From Geosiphon pyriformis uo1 (lineage: Eukaryota; Fungi; Glomeromycota): a stretch of DNA of 64,000 nt. Position 1 is the stretch's first letter. The number at the start of each line of letters is the position of its first letter. The position numbers were made by a program, and so were the translations under genes. The notes under the pieces were generated by a model. That model searched no databases. It was given only the letters and a program-made list of their open reading frames with translations, and was not told the origin of the DNA. This document shows, one piece after another, positions 51,501 through 64,000 of the stretch. The stretch covers positions 360,896 to 424,895 of the forward strand of contig JAAOMT010000029.1 of the NCBI GenBank assembly GCA_016748015.1, given 5' to 3'.

Positions 51501-54500
51501 GGCATGTGTGCAGAGTTTCTGAAGTGCCTGGCCAGCTCTTGTCTGTTAGATTGCTTTTCAAGAATAAGCTCTCGGTGTCAATTCTAGGGCTCTACGCTGG
51601 TGCTTTTTCAGTGGTGCGGTTTTCCCAGACTGATGAGATTAACTCTCTTATTGCAAAGGCTGTTAATGAATCTTCTTTCATTATTCTCAGGGGTGATTTT
51701 AATGAAGACGGTTCTCATAAAAGTGCAAATTTCAAAAGATGCTTTGATTTGGGTCTGGTCAATTCTTTAGTTGGTAGCCCAGCTGCGAAAACGTCCACTT
51801 GGAAAAATTCTAGGGGTGTTACAAAAGTAATTGATTACGTGTTTGTCTTCTCGTGTCTTGTCAATGCAATAGTGCATCATAAGGTTTTGAATGTCAGTGA
51901 GCATTTTGACACAGACCATCGAGCTGTTTCAGTGGATTTAGATTTGGACGGGCTCTTGAATACGCACTTGATTTCTCTTCGCAAGCAGGCGAATAGGGAT
52001 TGTTGGAAGTTTGACGTCAAAGATGCCAATGATGCTAGGTGGTTGGAGTTCAAGGATGCTTCAGCTGCCAATGTCTCTATGTTCTCAGATGCTTTTGAAG
52101 TGGCAGTGAGGTTTTCTGATGTGGACACTATGTGGGACATTGTTCACAAGATCATGGTTCTTTCAGCAAGTGGTACATTCAAGAAAAAATGGTTTAAAGG
52201 TTTTGACAGTGTGTTTACCAGGACTTCTTCTAGGTTTCACAAACTGGAGCTGCTGGTTTCTAAGTTGGTTAAGGCTTCGCGTTTGGCTTCGAGTGATGGT
52301 TTTGCTTCTTTGTTGGAGGTGTGACACAGACTCGACTCTTCTGGTGCATTGGAGGTTAAATCTCTGTTTCTTTCAGGTTCTAATTTTGATATTATTTGTT
52401 CTGCACTAGCCAAAGTGAGGAAATCGTACTGCTCTTTGAAATTTTTGGAATCCAAGTGTGCTGAAAAATCTTCGATCAAGCAGACTATTGGTAAGAGAAT
52501 GGAGAGTTTTGAGCTGAACAAGGGTTATACCATTAGAAGTGTTTTGGAGCATCTTTTTCGCAAAGTGGTCCTAGATTATCTGGTTGTAGAAGAAGAGTTG
52601 ATTTTGGAGCCCGATTTGGTTAAGTCCAAGGTGGACAAAATTATGGAAGGATGGACCAAAAAACGTGAGGTGGTGTCTGACTTCTCTGAGGATTGGGTTT
52701 GTCAATTTTGGCCTCTGGATTATGTGTTCAATGGTGCTTTCTCTGATGTCATGTGCTCGATCAGTTTTGATGAGTTGTTAACTGTTGTTAAAGATCTTTC
52801 TGATGGAAAAGTGGCTGGTCTTTCTGGTATCTCCAACGAATTATGGAAACATTGTGACAAATCTATTTTGGATATGCTTTTGGTGCTCTTGAATTTCTGT
52901 CTGGTTGGCAAGTTGGTTCCTGGGCCTTGGAGGGAAGCTTGTGTCTCGATGATTCCTAAACCATATGAATGGTAGGAAGTTCTCACGAACACCCATCCTA
53001 TAGCTTTAATTGAAACAGCCCACAAGATTTTCTCCAAGATCTTTTCAGATAGAATTTCTTTGGCTTGCAGCACTTTTGATGTTCTTCATGGAGACAATTT
53101 TTCAGTTTTGAAAGGTACGATGATGCAGTCTCTCATTTTTGCTGTCGGTTCTGTGGTTGAGGATGCCTTGGAGAAGAACTGTGAACTTTGGCTGGTTTTA
53201 CAGGACATGCACAAGGCTTATGACTCGGTTGGTTAGGAACATCTTAGGAGGAGTTTGATCAGGATCAAAATGTGTGACAGGTTTATTAAATTTTTTGGCA
53301 GTATTCACAATGGTTGCATCAACAGAGTGATGACTGACTTTGGTTTAACTGATGGGTATTGTGTCCATGATGGGCTGGATCAGGGTGAAGTTTTCTCGCC
53401 TTTTCTCTAGTGTATTTTTTATGATTTACTTTTGTGCAAGGTCAAGAGGCAGGAGAGTATGTGGGGCTACAGGTTGAATTCTCATTATGTTTCTAAAACA
53501 GACCAAGTAGATTCTCGTGCTGGATTGACTTCATTTCTCGTTGCTGGTGCTTTTGTCGATAATACTATTTGGGTTGGTAGCAGCCAGGCTGCTACACAAC
53601 ATATTCTGGATATTGCTAGTGAGTTTTTCAGGTTCAATGACATTTCTGTGAATAATGACAAGACGGTGGCCATCCCTATCAACTGTCGGGTGTTGGACCC
53701 TTGTTTAACTATCAGTGGCGCACCTATTTCCATTGTCAGGAAAGGGGAATCTCATCACTATTTGGGTATTTTTTTGTCTTCTGGGGGTCTTTCGAAGCCT
53801 AGCTTGGCTAAAGCTCAGGCTGATATATGGTTTTTTGTGAATCTTGTTTTAAAGAAGGCAATTTCAGACAAACAGTGTGCATATTTGGTGTCTGCTGTTC
53901 TTTTCCCTATCATCAGCTACAGGACTCAGTTCAGTTTTGTTTCTTTGAGTGTTTGTAGTAAATAGGACATGTTGGTACACAAGATCTTTAAGTCCAAGTC
54001 TGGGTTGTCACGTGATTTCCCTAGTGATGCTCTTCATCATCCCTCTCTGTACAATCTAAAGACTTTTGAACAAATCCAGGCTGAGAGTAAATTGGCCTCC
54101 ATTATTGCTTTTGCAAATTCCACTGGTGTCTTGGATCGCTTGTTTTCACATAGGTCTCATGACTTCCAGATTCTTAGCTGGCATCATTGTCATCCCTTAA
54201 TGTTTCTGGCTCGTGTTGGTGTTAGTCTCTTAAATAATTTTTTGGCTGGTGTGGTCCGTATTTTTTCCGGGTGTGATTTGTGCTTTTTGTTATCGGTGTG
54301 GTACTCCTATGTCTTTGGTTCTAAGTGATTCCTGTTTTTTCAAGTGTGTCTCTTCGCTCAAGCGTTATGGGATTGCTTTCATGGAACAGCTTTGTGACCA
54401 TAATGGTAATGTTTTTAGTTGGAAAACCTTCAAGCATTGGAAGAGGCTGGACCCTCGTGGCCCAGTCTCTTTCTGGTTTGATCTCTCCGTTCGCTTTCTT

Positions 54501-56060
54501 GGTGGTGTTGTATCTCTCTCCTCAAGTTTCTCTTTGGCAGATGATCATGCTGTGTCTGACATTCGTCTTTCTCATGATTTTGGTATGGTTTATGACGCTT
54601 TGCTGACCATTGGAGCTGCCTGCCTTTCTGTGTATATGGATGGATCTCTTTCTGGTCTGGGCTCTGTTAACATGAGGGCAGGTGCTGCTGTTTTTTTTAA
54701 GGACATTAACTTGGGTTTGGGTGTTAGGGTGTCTGATTTGGTTTCTTCTACTCTGACGGAGCTGCAAGCCATAGCTTTGGCCCTTGAGTGTGTTCCTTTT
54801 TCTCGTTTGGTTGACTTGTTCTCGGATAGCCAAGCTGCTTTAGATATGTGTAGATCGGAATTGTCGCTGGCTCATCTGGATTTCAGGAACCGCTGTTGGA
54901 TTGAGTGTCGTCACATTACTACTGTCATTTGTTAGAAGAATTTGGATGTGAATTGGGTCAAGGTAAAGGGTCATTTAGGTGTCTCAGGCAATGATCATGT
55001 TGATGCACTTGCTAAAGATGCTGTTCTCTCTGCTTGGCGTCTACCTCATTTGGTCAGTGAACGTTTTCTGTGTGCTGGTGGTATGGCAGTTTCTGGTAAT
55101 TCTAGACACTTTGTTCGTGATGTTTTCCAGTCAGTCCATCGAGCTCATTGGAAAGTCAGAGTGGGTTCTCGTGTCGTGGATGATAGATTGCGCGCTGATA
55201 TCAATTGGTTAAGTCTTCTATGGTGTAACACCCCAATTCTCACTTGGCATCCGGTTTTACCAGCTTGCACACAGCTAGCTGTCGTACTTACTTTATGAAG
55301 GCTCTTTATCATCGGCTTCCTGTTGCTGTGCACAAGCATTTGTATGATAGGAGATACCCCAGTGTGGTCTGTCTGTTTTGTGGTGATGTTGAGACCTCGG
55401 ATCACGTCTTTTCGTGTTCTCAGAATGCCATTGGTCGTGCTTGTTTGTTGGGCACTCATGCTTCAGCTTGGAAGGCTCTTTCTGGCCTGTTTCATTCTTT
55501 TTTTTGTGTCTTATAGGCTTTGGCTTCTTGTGTTTCTGAGATTGGAATTGGTGTTGCTCTGTGTAAAGGCTTTGTTTTCGATGAGTGGTTTCGTGAGTCT
55601 GTCTCGGTTTTTAATAATTCTGATGAGGGTACTAAAAGGATTGTGAGCTTTGTGCGTGGGTTCTGTCTTGCATTTCAGGATGACATTTAGTTGATCCGTG
55701 CCAGACACCGAGTGTTTATAGAAAAGCGTGGTCTGATTCCGCATGACGGCTCAACTCTTGTTTCAGTTTCTGGTTTGTCTAAGGTGTTTTTGGCTGGTGT
55801 GATTAGATTGCTGAGAGTGGCTGAGGCTTTTGGAGTTGGTTTCGGGTTTCATAGGTTTTGTCCATTTTTTTCAGGTATTGGAGATTTGGTTTCTGTGCAT
55901 ATAGATGTATAGTGTAGTTCTGACTGGCCCGAATGGCTGGTCATGTGTAGAAAGCGCATGATTCACACCTAGTTTAGATCATTTGTATGATGTATAGCAC
56001 TAGGTCACGTTTAGATCTCACTCATTAAATAAATAAAATAAAAAAATAAAAAATAAAATA
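48590..56060 (+). mobile_element. Full-length LINE-b (ORF1 48715-51251; ORF2 51248-55912, disrupted)
   Basis: ORF1 has RRM-like and knuckle motifs. ORF2 has VATCNV, GDFN, IDYVF, TDH, QDMHKAYDSV, GLDQG, FVDN, DGS/ELQAI/SDSQ/VKGH, CLFC..H..C. A-rich tail. Confidence 0.95.
49438..49457. other. Assembly gap (20 N) flanked by an exact 561-bp duplication
   Basis: 48877-49437 appears identical to 49458-50018. Confidence 0.9.
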
Positions 56061-56170
56061 GAAATAATGTAATTAATAAAGATAATTTTTTTTTGTTATT
56101 ATAAGTAAATTTTAGAGTTATTAGGTTTTTATAATTTGGTATTTGAATTGGTTAATTAATTAATCTGAAA

Positions 56171-59100
56171 TTTTTTTTTTTTTATTTATTTATTTAACAA
56201 GTGAGGTCCAAACGCAACCTAGTGCTATACATCATACAAATGATCTAAACTAGGTGCAAATCATGTGCTTTCTACACATGACTAGCCACTTGAGCCAGTC
56301 AGGACTACACTATACATCTATATACACAGAAACCAAATCTTCAATACCTGAAAAAAATGGACAAAACCTATGAAACCCAAAACCAACTCCAAAAGCCTCA
56401 GCCACTCCCAGCAATCTAATCATACCAGCCAAAAACACCTTAGACAAACCAGAAACTGAAACAAAAGTTGAGCCATCACATGGAATCAGACTGCACTTTT
56501 CCATAAACATTTGGTGTCTGGCGTAGACCAACCAAATGTCGTCCCGAAATACAAGACAGAACCCATGCACAAAGCTCACAATCCTTTTAGTACCCTCATC
56601 AGAATCATTAAAAACTGAGACAAACTCACGAAACCACTTATCAAAAACAAAGCCTTTACACAGAACAACACCAATTCCAACCTCAGAAACACAAGAAGCC
56701 AAAGCCTGTAAGACACAAGAAAAAGAACGAGACAGGCCAGAAAGAGCCTTCCAAGCTGAAGCATGAGTGCCCAACAAACAAGCACGACCAACGGCATCCT
56801 GAGAACACGAAAAGACGTGATCCGAGGTCTCAACATCACCACAAAATAGACAGACCACATTGGGGTATCTCCTATCATACAAACGCTTGCGCACAGCAAC
56901 AGGAAGCCGATGATAAAGAGCCTTCATAAAGTAAGTACGACAGCTAGCTGTGCGCAAGCTGGTAAAACCAGATGCCAAGTGAGAATCGGGGTGCCACACC
57001 ATAGAAAACTTAGACCAATTGATATCAGCGCGCAACCTATCATCTACGACATGAGAACCCACTCCAACTTCCCAACGAGCTCAATAGACTAACTGGAAAA
57101 CATCACGAACAAAGTGTCTAGAATTACCAGAAACTGCCACACTACCAGCACACAGAAAACGTTCACTGACCAAATAAGGTAGGCGCCAAGTAGAGAGAGC
57201 AGCATTTTTAGCAAGTGCATCAGCATGATCATTGCCTGAGACACCTGAATGACCCTTTATCTTGACCCAATTCACATCCAAATTCTTCTGACAAATGACA
57301 GTAGTAATGTGACAATGCTCAATCCAACAGTGGTTCCTAAAATCTGGACAAGCCAGCGACAATTCCGACCTACACGTATCTAAAGCAGCTTGGCTATCCA
57401 AGAACAAGTCAACCAAACGAGAAAAAAGAACACACTCAAGGGCCAAAGCTATGGCTTGCAGCTCCGTCAGAGTAGAAGAAACCAAATCAGACACCCTAAC
57501 ACCCAAACCCAAGTTAATGTCCTTAAAAAAAACAGCAGCACCCACCTTCATGTTAACAGAGCCCAGACCAGAAAGAGATCCATCCGTATACACAGAAAGG
57601 CAGGCAGCTCCAACGGTTGGCAAAGCGTCATAAACCACACCAAAATCATGAGAAAGACGAATGTCAGACACAGCATGATCATCTGCCAAAGAGGAACTTA
57701 AGGAGAGAGATACAACACCACCAAGAAAGCGAACGGAGAGATCAAACCAGAAAGGGACTGGGCCACAAGGGTTCAGCCACTTCCAATGTTTGAAGGTTTT
57801 CCAACTAAAAACATCACCATTACAGTCACGAAGCTGTTCCACGAAAGCAATTCCATAACGCTTGAGCGAAGAGACACACTTGAAAAAACAGGAATCACTT
57901 AGAACCAAAGACATAGGAGTACCACACCGATAACAAAAAGCACAAATCACACCCGGAAAAAATACGGACCACACCAGCCAAAAAATTATTTAAGAGACTA
58001 ACACCAACACGAGCCAGAAACATTAAGGGATGACAATGATGCCAGCTAAGAACCTGGAAGTCATGAGACCTATGTGAAAACAAGCGATCCAAGACACCAG
58101 TGGAATTTGCAAAAGCAATAATGGAGGCCAATTTACTCTCAGCCTGGATTTGTTCAAAAGTCTTTAGATTGTACAGAGAGGGATAATGAAGAGCATCACT
58201 AGGGAAATCACGTGACAACCCAGACTTGGACTTAAAGATCTTGTGTACCAACATGTCCTATTTACTACAAACACTCAAAGAAACAAAACTGAACTGAGTC
58301 CTGTAGCTGATGATAGGGAAAAGAACTGCAGACACCAAATATGTACACTGTTTGTCCAAAATTGCCTTCCTCAAAACAAGATTCACAAAAAACCATACAT
58401 TAGCCTGAGCTTTAGCCAAGCTAGGCTTCGAAAGACCCCCAGAAGACAAAAAAATACCCAAATAGCGATGAGATTCCTCTTTCCTGGCAATGGAAATAGG
58501 CACACTACTGATAGTTAAACGAGAGTCTAACACCCGACAGTTGATAGGAATGGCTACTGTCTTGTCGTTATTCACAGAAATGTCATTGAACTTGAAAAAC
58601 TCACTAGCAATATCCAGAATGTGTTGTGTAGCAGCCTGGCTGCTATCAACCCAAATAGTATCATTGACGAAAGCACCAGCAGCGAGAAACAAAGTCAATC
58701 CAGCACGAGGATCTATTTGGTCTGTTTTAGAAACATAATGAGAATTTAACCTGTAGCCCCACACACTCTTCTGCCTCTTGACCTCGCATAAAAGTGAATC
58801 ATAAAAAATACGCCAGAGAAGAGACAAGAAAACTTCACCCTAATCCAGCCCATCGTGGACACAATACCCATCAGTTAAACCAAAGTCAGTCATCACTCTG
58901 TTGATGCAACCATTGTGAATACTGCCAAAAAATTTAATAAACCTGTCACACATTTTGATCCTGATCAAACTCCTCCTAAGATGTTCCTAACCAACCAAGT
59001 CATAAGCCTTGCGCATGTCCTGTAAAACCAGCCAAAGTTCACAGTTCTTCTCCAAGGCATCCTCAACCACAGAACCAACAGCAAAAATGGGAGACTGCAT

Positions 59101-62100
59101 CATCGTACCTTTCAAAACTGAAAAATTGTCTCCATGAAGAACATCAAAAGTGCTGCAAGCCAAAGAAATCCTATCTGAAAGGATCTTGGAGAAAATCTTG
59201 TGGGCTGTTTCAATTAAAGCTATAGGATGGGTGTTCGTGAGAACTTCCTACCATTCATATGGTTTAGGAATCATCGAGACACAAGCTTCCCTCCAAGGCC
59301 CAGGAACCAACTTGCCAACCAGACAGAAATTCAAGAGCACCAAAAGCATATCCAAAATAGATTTGTCACAATGTTTCCACAATTCATTGGAGATACCAGA
59401 AAGACCAGCCACTTTTCCATCAGGAAAATCTTTAACAACAGTTGACAATTTATCAAAACTGATTGAGCACATGACATCAGAGAAAGCACCATTGAACACA
59501 TAATCCAGAGGCCAAAATTGACAAACCCAATTCTTAGAGAAGTCAGACATCACCTCACGTTTTCTGGTCCATCCTTCCATAATTTCGTCCACCTTGAACT
59601 TAACCAAATCGGGCTCCAAAATCAACTCTTTTTCTACAACCAGATGATCTAGGACCACCTTGCGAAAAAGACGCTCCAAAACACTTCTAATGGTATAACC
59701 CTTGTTCAGCTCAAAACTCTCCATTCTCTTACCAATAGTCTGCTTGATCGAAGATTTTTCAGCACACTTGGATTCCAAAAATTTCAAAGAGCAGTACAAT
59801 TTCCTCACTTTGGCTAGTGCAGAACGAATAATATCAAAATTAGAACCTGAAAGAAACAGAGATTTAACTTCCAATGCACCAGGAGAGTCGAGTCTGTGTC
59901 ACACCTCCAACAAAGAAGCAAAACCATCACTCGAAGCCAAACGCGAAGCCTTAACCAACTTAGAAACCAGCAGCTCCAGTTTGTGAAACCTAGAAGAAGT
60001 CCTGGTAAACACACTGTCAAAACCTTTAAACCATTTTTTCTTGAATGTACCACCTGTTGAAAGAACTATGATCTATGAACAATGTCCCACATAGTGTCCA
60101 CATCTGAAAACCTCACTGCCACTTCAAAAGCATTTGAGAACATAGAGGCATTGGCAGCTGAAGCATCCTTGAATTCCAACCACCTAGCATTATTGGCACC
60201 TTTGACGTCAAACTTTTAACGATCTCTATTCACCTGCTTGCGAAGAGAAATCAAGTGCGTATCCAAGAACCTGTTCAAACCCAAATCCACTGAAACAGCT
60301 CGATGGTCTGTGTCAAAATGCTTACTAACATTCAAAACCTTATGATGCACTATCGCATTGACAAGACACGAGGAGACAAACATGTAATCAATTACTTTTG
60401 TAACACCTCTAGAATTTTTTCAAGTGGACGTTTTCGCAGCTGGGCTACCAACTAAAGAATTGACCAGACCCAAATCAAAGCATCTTTTGAAACTTGCACT
60501 TTTATGAGAACCGTCTTCATTAAAATTACCCCCGAGAATAACGAAAGAAGATTCATTAACAGCCTTTGCAATAAAAAAGTTAATCTCATCAGTTTGGGAA
60601 AACCACACCACCAAAGAAGCACCAGCATAGAGCCCTAGAATTGACACCGAGAGCTTATTCTTGAAAAGCAATCTAACAGACAAAAGCCGGCCAGGCATTT
60701 CAGAAACTCTGCACACATGCCTTGCCAAAGAAGAGTCCATGACAACCACCACACCAGCACCCAGATAACCAGAATCCAAACCAGAGGAAAACACCCTAAC
60801 ACCATCAAACTTGTTGGCGATCCAGGAACAAATCCTATCCTTCAACTTTGTCTCAGTAAAAATAGAAACCAAATTTCCCATGTCCTTGTGCCAATGAACT
60901 ATATCTTTTTGTTTCGCAGGAATTTTCATGTCTCGAACATTACACGTAGTAACCTTCCAAATAAAACTGGTCATTGAGAAGACGAGAGAACTGAAGAACC
61001 CAAACCAGAACACAACATATCCAGTCTTGCCAACACTGAGCCAACTGATGCATCTAAAGCCATCAACTTTGACTCCAAACCACCAACCTTGGCAGTTAAA
61101 ACCTTCGAACTACTGGAACCAAAATCAGGATTGGCATCATCAATGGTAGGGCAAAGAGAAGGAAAGGCCACCAATGAAACGTCCAGTGCCATATCCAAAT
61201 CCACACATGAGGCCAGAGAAGTAGATGCAACGGGATGAGAGGCTAGAAAAGAAGACTCCGAAGAAACCATCTCAACACAACTCAGTTTCTTCGCAATGGC
61301 AGAAACTCGGTCTGCCAAAAGCTCCAAAGAGTGTTCCAAAATTGCCAACTGACTGCACAAATCAGAGATATCAGAAGGGGAGGATTCTACCGAGGCAGAA
61401 TCCACACTGAAACTAGCACCAACAGAAAAAAGACCCGAAGAAACCACACGAGAGGAAGTGCCACTAGCAACTTGGGCCCAAGTCTTGTTACCAAAGGAAA
61501 CTGGGTGAGTGATAGGAGTCTGTTTCCTCCTATATACATTAGTCAGATGAACCCAATTCTGAGAAGTTACCACCCGCTTACTGCGAGCACCAGAATTCTC
61601 ACCCATAGAACAAACATCAGAAACATGACCGAATTGTTTACATACTGCACAACAGGCCAAAGATAGACCAGCCCAACGCAAACTCACATCCTTGAAAACC
61701 AGAACTGAACCAATAGCAGCCAATTTGGATGTCTCATTCTCAAAACAGATCACAGCACACTGATCACGAATATATGAAGATGGATTACGGCCAATAAAAC
61801 AAGTTTTCCCACCATAGGCCTCCACTAATGCAAACAAATCATAGGCAGTGGTGCCAACTGGAAGAGTGTAAAGCAATGTCCGATGCTGATCTCTAGATAC
61901 CCATATTTGTTTATCAACACTTGCCTTTGCCACGTGAACAGAATCTTTTCCCATGAATACAGACCATCTAACCGCAACCAAATCAGCTATCTCAGATGAT
62001 TCATATTCCACTAGGGCCTTTTGCCAAAGACCAATAAGCTGCATTTTGATTAAAATAATCTTGCCAAACTTGGAGAACACTGCCTCAATCACCAATTTGG

Positions 62101-63054
62101 GAAGATCCACTGGGATTTCCTTGATGATTACCTCCCGATCCGAATGGCTGTTTACTTTTCTTAGATCATCATTTACCAAAATTTTTTCACTGATTGCCAT
62201 TTCTCTTGTCTTAATCAAACTTTTTTCAGATATATATGATGACCTTATTATTCCAGGAAATTTTGAGGGAGTTGAAGCCCTCCTAAAACCATCAACTTGA
62301 TAAAAATTTTTTTTCACACAAATCAACTTATCACTAACAGTTTTCCCAGAAACAGCAGAAAGTTCAATATCCAATGCAAAAGATTTCACCAAAATAAAAC
62401 TCCGAATCTCCCGATCACATGATGTGACTGGCAGCAACTGATTGAATCCATTGAATGTGCGAGGAGGGAGCTCCAAAACGTCGCCAGTACCACCCACATT
62501 AATGAAAGAAGACTGCTTAGACAGGTGTTCAAATATGTACGTTCTCGTTCTCAAACCCTTTGGCGTAGCATTACCCATTAGTTTGTTATCCCCGGAAGTG
62601 TCAGAATTGACGTAGCTCGTTTCTTCTACAATCGTGTTCTTCATGTTTTCAATGTCAGAAGTCCCGCCAACACTTGATTCTTCGCTGTCCATTTCACTAC
62701 CCCAAGATTTCTTCTGGTCGTCAACGCCATCATGTAGCATGTCCACAGGCAGAGGGCCAGCCAATGAATCCACAACAACACCAGAATTATCAGGTTTCTT
62801 TGTTTTCTTGTAAGATGGACCACGAGTGTAAATACTCTCAATGCGCACCTTTTTTTTAGTGCCAGAACGGGTTCTCACACCAGCCGAACCAGATGCTGAC
62901 CCACTAGCAGAAGAGCCTACTGGATCCATTGTCACGAACAGAGGTGTATGTAAAGAAATAACTAAAGGGAACAGAAGGGAATAAGAGAAAAGGAAGATAT
63001 TTTTTTGACTATTCTATGCTCTCGTTATGGTTAGGGAATCAATGAAAGAAAGAG
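56171..63054 (-). mobile_element. Full-length LINE-c, tail-to-tail with LINE-b (ORF2 60974-56310, disrupted)
   Basis: Reverse complement of LINE-b from about 50098 onward; poly-A at 56171-56183. Confidence 0.95.
60971..62929 (-). CDS. Intact LINE-c ORF1 (~652 aa; RRM-like domains, CCHC knuckle, C-terminal coiled coils)
   Basis: Open frame MDPVGSS...SSSQ*; IIKEIPVDL..FSKFGKI..KALVEY; CAVCKQFGHVSDVC. Confidence 0.88.
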   Translation of the reverse strand: MDPVGSSASGSASGSAGVRTRSGTKKKVRIESIYTRGPSYKKTKKPDNSGVVVDSLAGPLPVDMLHDGVDDQKKSWGSEMDSEESSVGGTSDIENMKNTIVEETSYVNSDTSGDNKLMGNATPKGLRTRTYIFEHLSKQSSFINVGGTGDVLELPPRTFNGFNQLLPVTSCDREIRSFILVKSFALDIELSAVSGKTVSDKLICVKKNFYQVDGFRRASTPSKFPGIIRSSYISEKSLIKTREMAISEKILVNDDLRKVNSHSDREVIIKEIPVDLPKLVIEAVFSKFGKIILIKMQLIGLWQKALVEYESSEIADLVAVRWSVFMGKDSVHVAKASVDKQIWVSRDQHRTLLYTLPVGTTAYDLFALVEAYGGKTCFIGRNPSSYIRDQCAVICFENETSKLAAIGSVLVFKDVSLRWAGLSLACCAVCKQFGHVSDVCSMGENSGARSKRVVTSQNWVHLTNVYRRKQTPITHPVSFGNKTWAQVASGTSSRVVSSGLFSVGASFSVDSASVESSPSDISDLCSQLAILEHSLELLADRVSAIAKKLSCVEMVSSESSFLASHPVASTSLASCVDLDMALDVSLVAFPSLCPTIDDANPDFGSSSSKVLTAKVGGLESKLMALDASVGSVLARLDMLCSGLGSSVLSSSQ

Positions 63055-63781
63055 TTTTTATTTTATTATATTATTATTATTTGTTAAAAATACTTAAAAA
63101 ATCAAAAATTAACACAAGATTTTTAAGACAAAACCAAAAATTTGTCAAAATAAAATTATTATTATTATAAATATATATATATTAGCCAAAAATCACAAAA
63201 ATATTAAAATTTTAATTTATAATAATATTAAAAACTATGTAAAAATTTTAGTCAATATTATTATTAAATATTTAAATTCAAAAATTAAAAATTAATTATT
63301 AGTATATATTTCAGGTTTTAATTAATATGTTAATATTTTATGAATAAAAATAAATTTAAAAGAACTAATATAATTTAATACAAAATAAAAACCAGAAATA
63401 CTATGTTAATAAAACAATAGTATTATAAATTGGTGTTTTTATTTTTAATCATAATTTGAAAGTTTTAATACTTTAAAGATTTTAATTAGTTAAGTTTTTT
63501 GTATGATAAACAAAAATTCAATAATAATAACAGATAATACTTAATATTTAACTTTTTTAATATAGTAATTAATTTATTCTAGTGTTTTTTATCTTAATAT
63601 TTTAAAATACAAATTGAACTTTTTGGTTAATAAAAATAGTTATAGTTTTTTTTATTGTTTATTTAAATATTATTGATTTTTAAAAAAAATATTAGCAATA
63701 GTTAAGATATATTAAATTATAATTCAGTAATTATTAATTTAAATCATATTATTTAGAGTTTTTCATTTTTTTCCAATATAT

Positions 63782-64000
63782 TATTACTTATATAAATTAA
63801 AAAAAATAATAATTAAATAAAAATAATCAATAAAAAATAAGTGTAAAAAAAAAATTCCAGAATTTTTTTTACATATATTTTTAAGATTCCAGAATTTTAA
63901 AATTTTAGAATACTAGATAAAAAAAATGAAAAGATTTCAAGAAATTTTGTATAATAAAAATTATATATATATATTATTAATATTAAAAACAAAAAACAAA
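63782..64000 (+). repeat. 'Ghost' B-family LTR 5' part, running off the window
   Basis: tattacttata corresponds to tgttactcata; ttccagaattt repeats; ttgtataat..tatatatat..tattaaaaacaaaa matches the layout of 24987-25180. Confidence 0.65.

Overview
Eukaryotic, intron-rich, very AT-rich fungal DNA. The gene and transposon types point to Glomeromycotina/Mucoromycota; this is an inference. Layout: (1) 1-29.4 kb is a nested stack of decayed Ty3/Gypsy LTR retrotransposons (elements A-E, solo LTRs) plus a hAT deletion derivative. (2) 30.5-37.9 kb is a CpG-rich island with two divergently transcribed host genes, a YAK1/DYRK kinase (7 exons) and a 3-hydroxyisobutyryl-CoA hydrolase EHD3/HIBCH (9 exons). 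(3) 39.7-63.1 kb holds three full-length APE-RT-RNase H LINEs, two of them forming a ~6-kb-arm inverted repeat. Near-pure A/T tracts separate these blocks, and some are recognisable 'ghost' LTRs. The best candidate for a new system is the Gypsy lineage itself. It has a Cys-rich domain, a dUTPase and a second degenerate dUTPase fold between protease and RT. It has a conserved non-env accessory ORF3 between integrase and PPT. Gag appears to have a GUG-initiated N-terminal extension over an AUG-free stretch. The PBS is not initiator-Met type, and the 4-bp TSDs centre on YR/CpG steps. Repeats show genome-defence-like C>T/G>A decay in all sequence contexts. All alignments and counts were done by eye.
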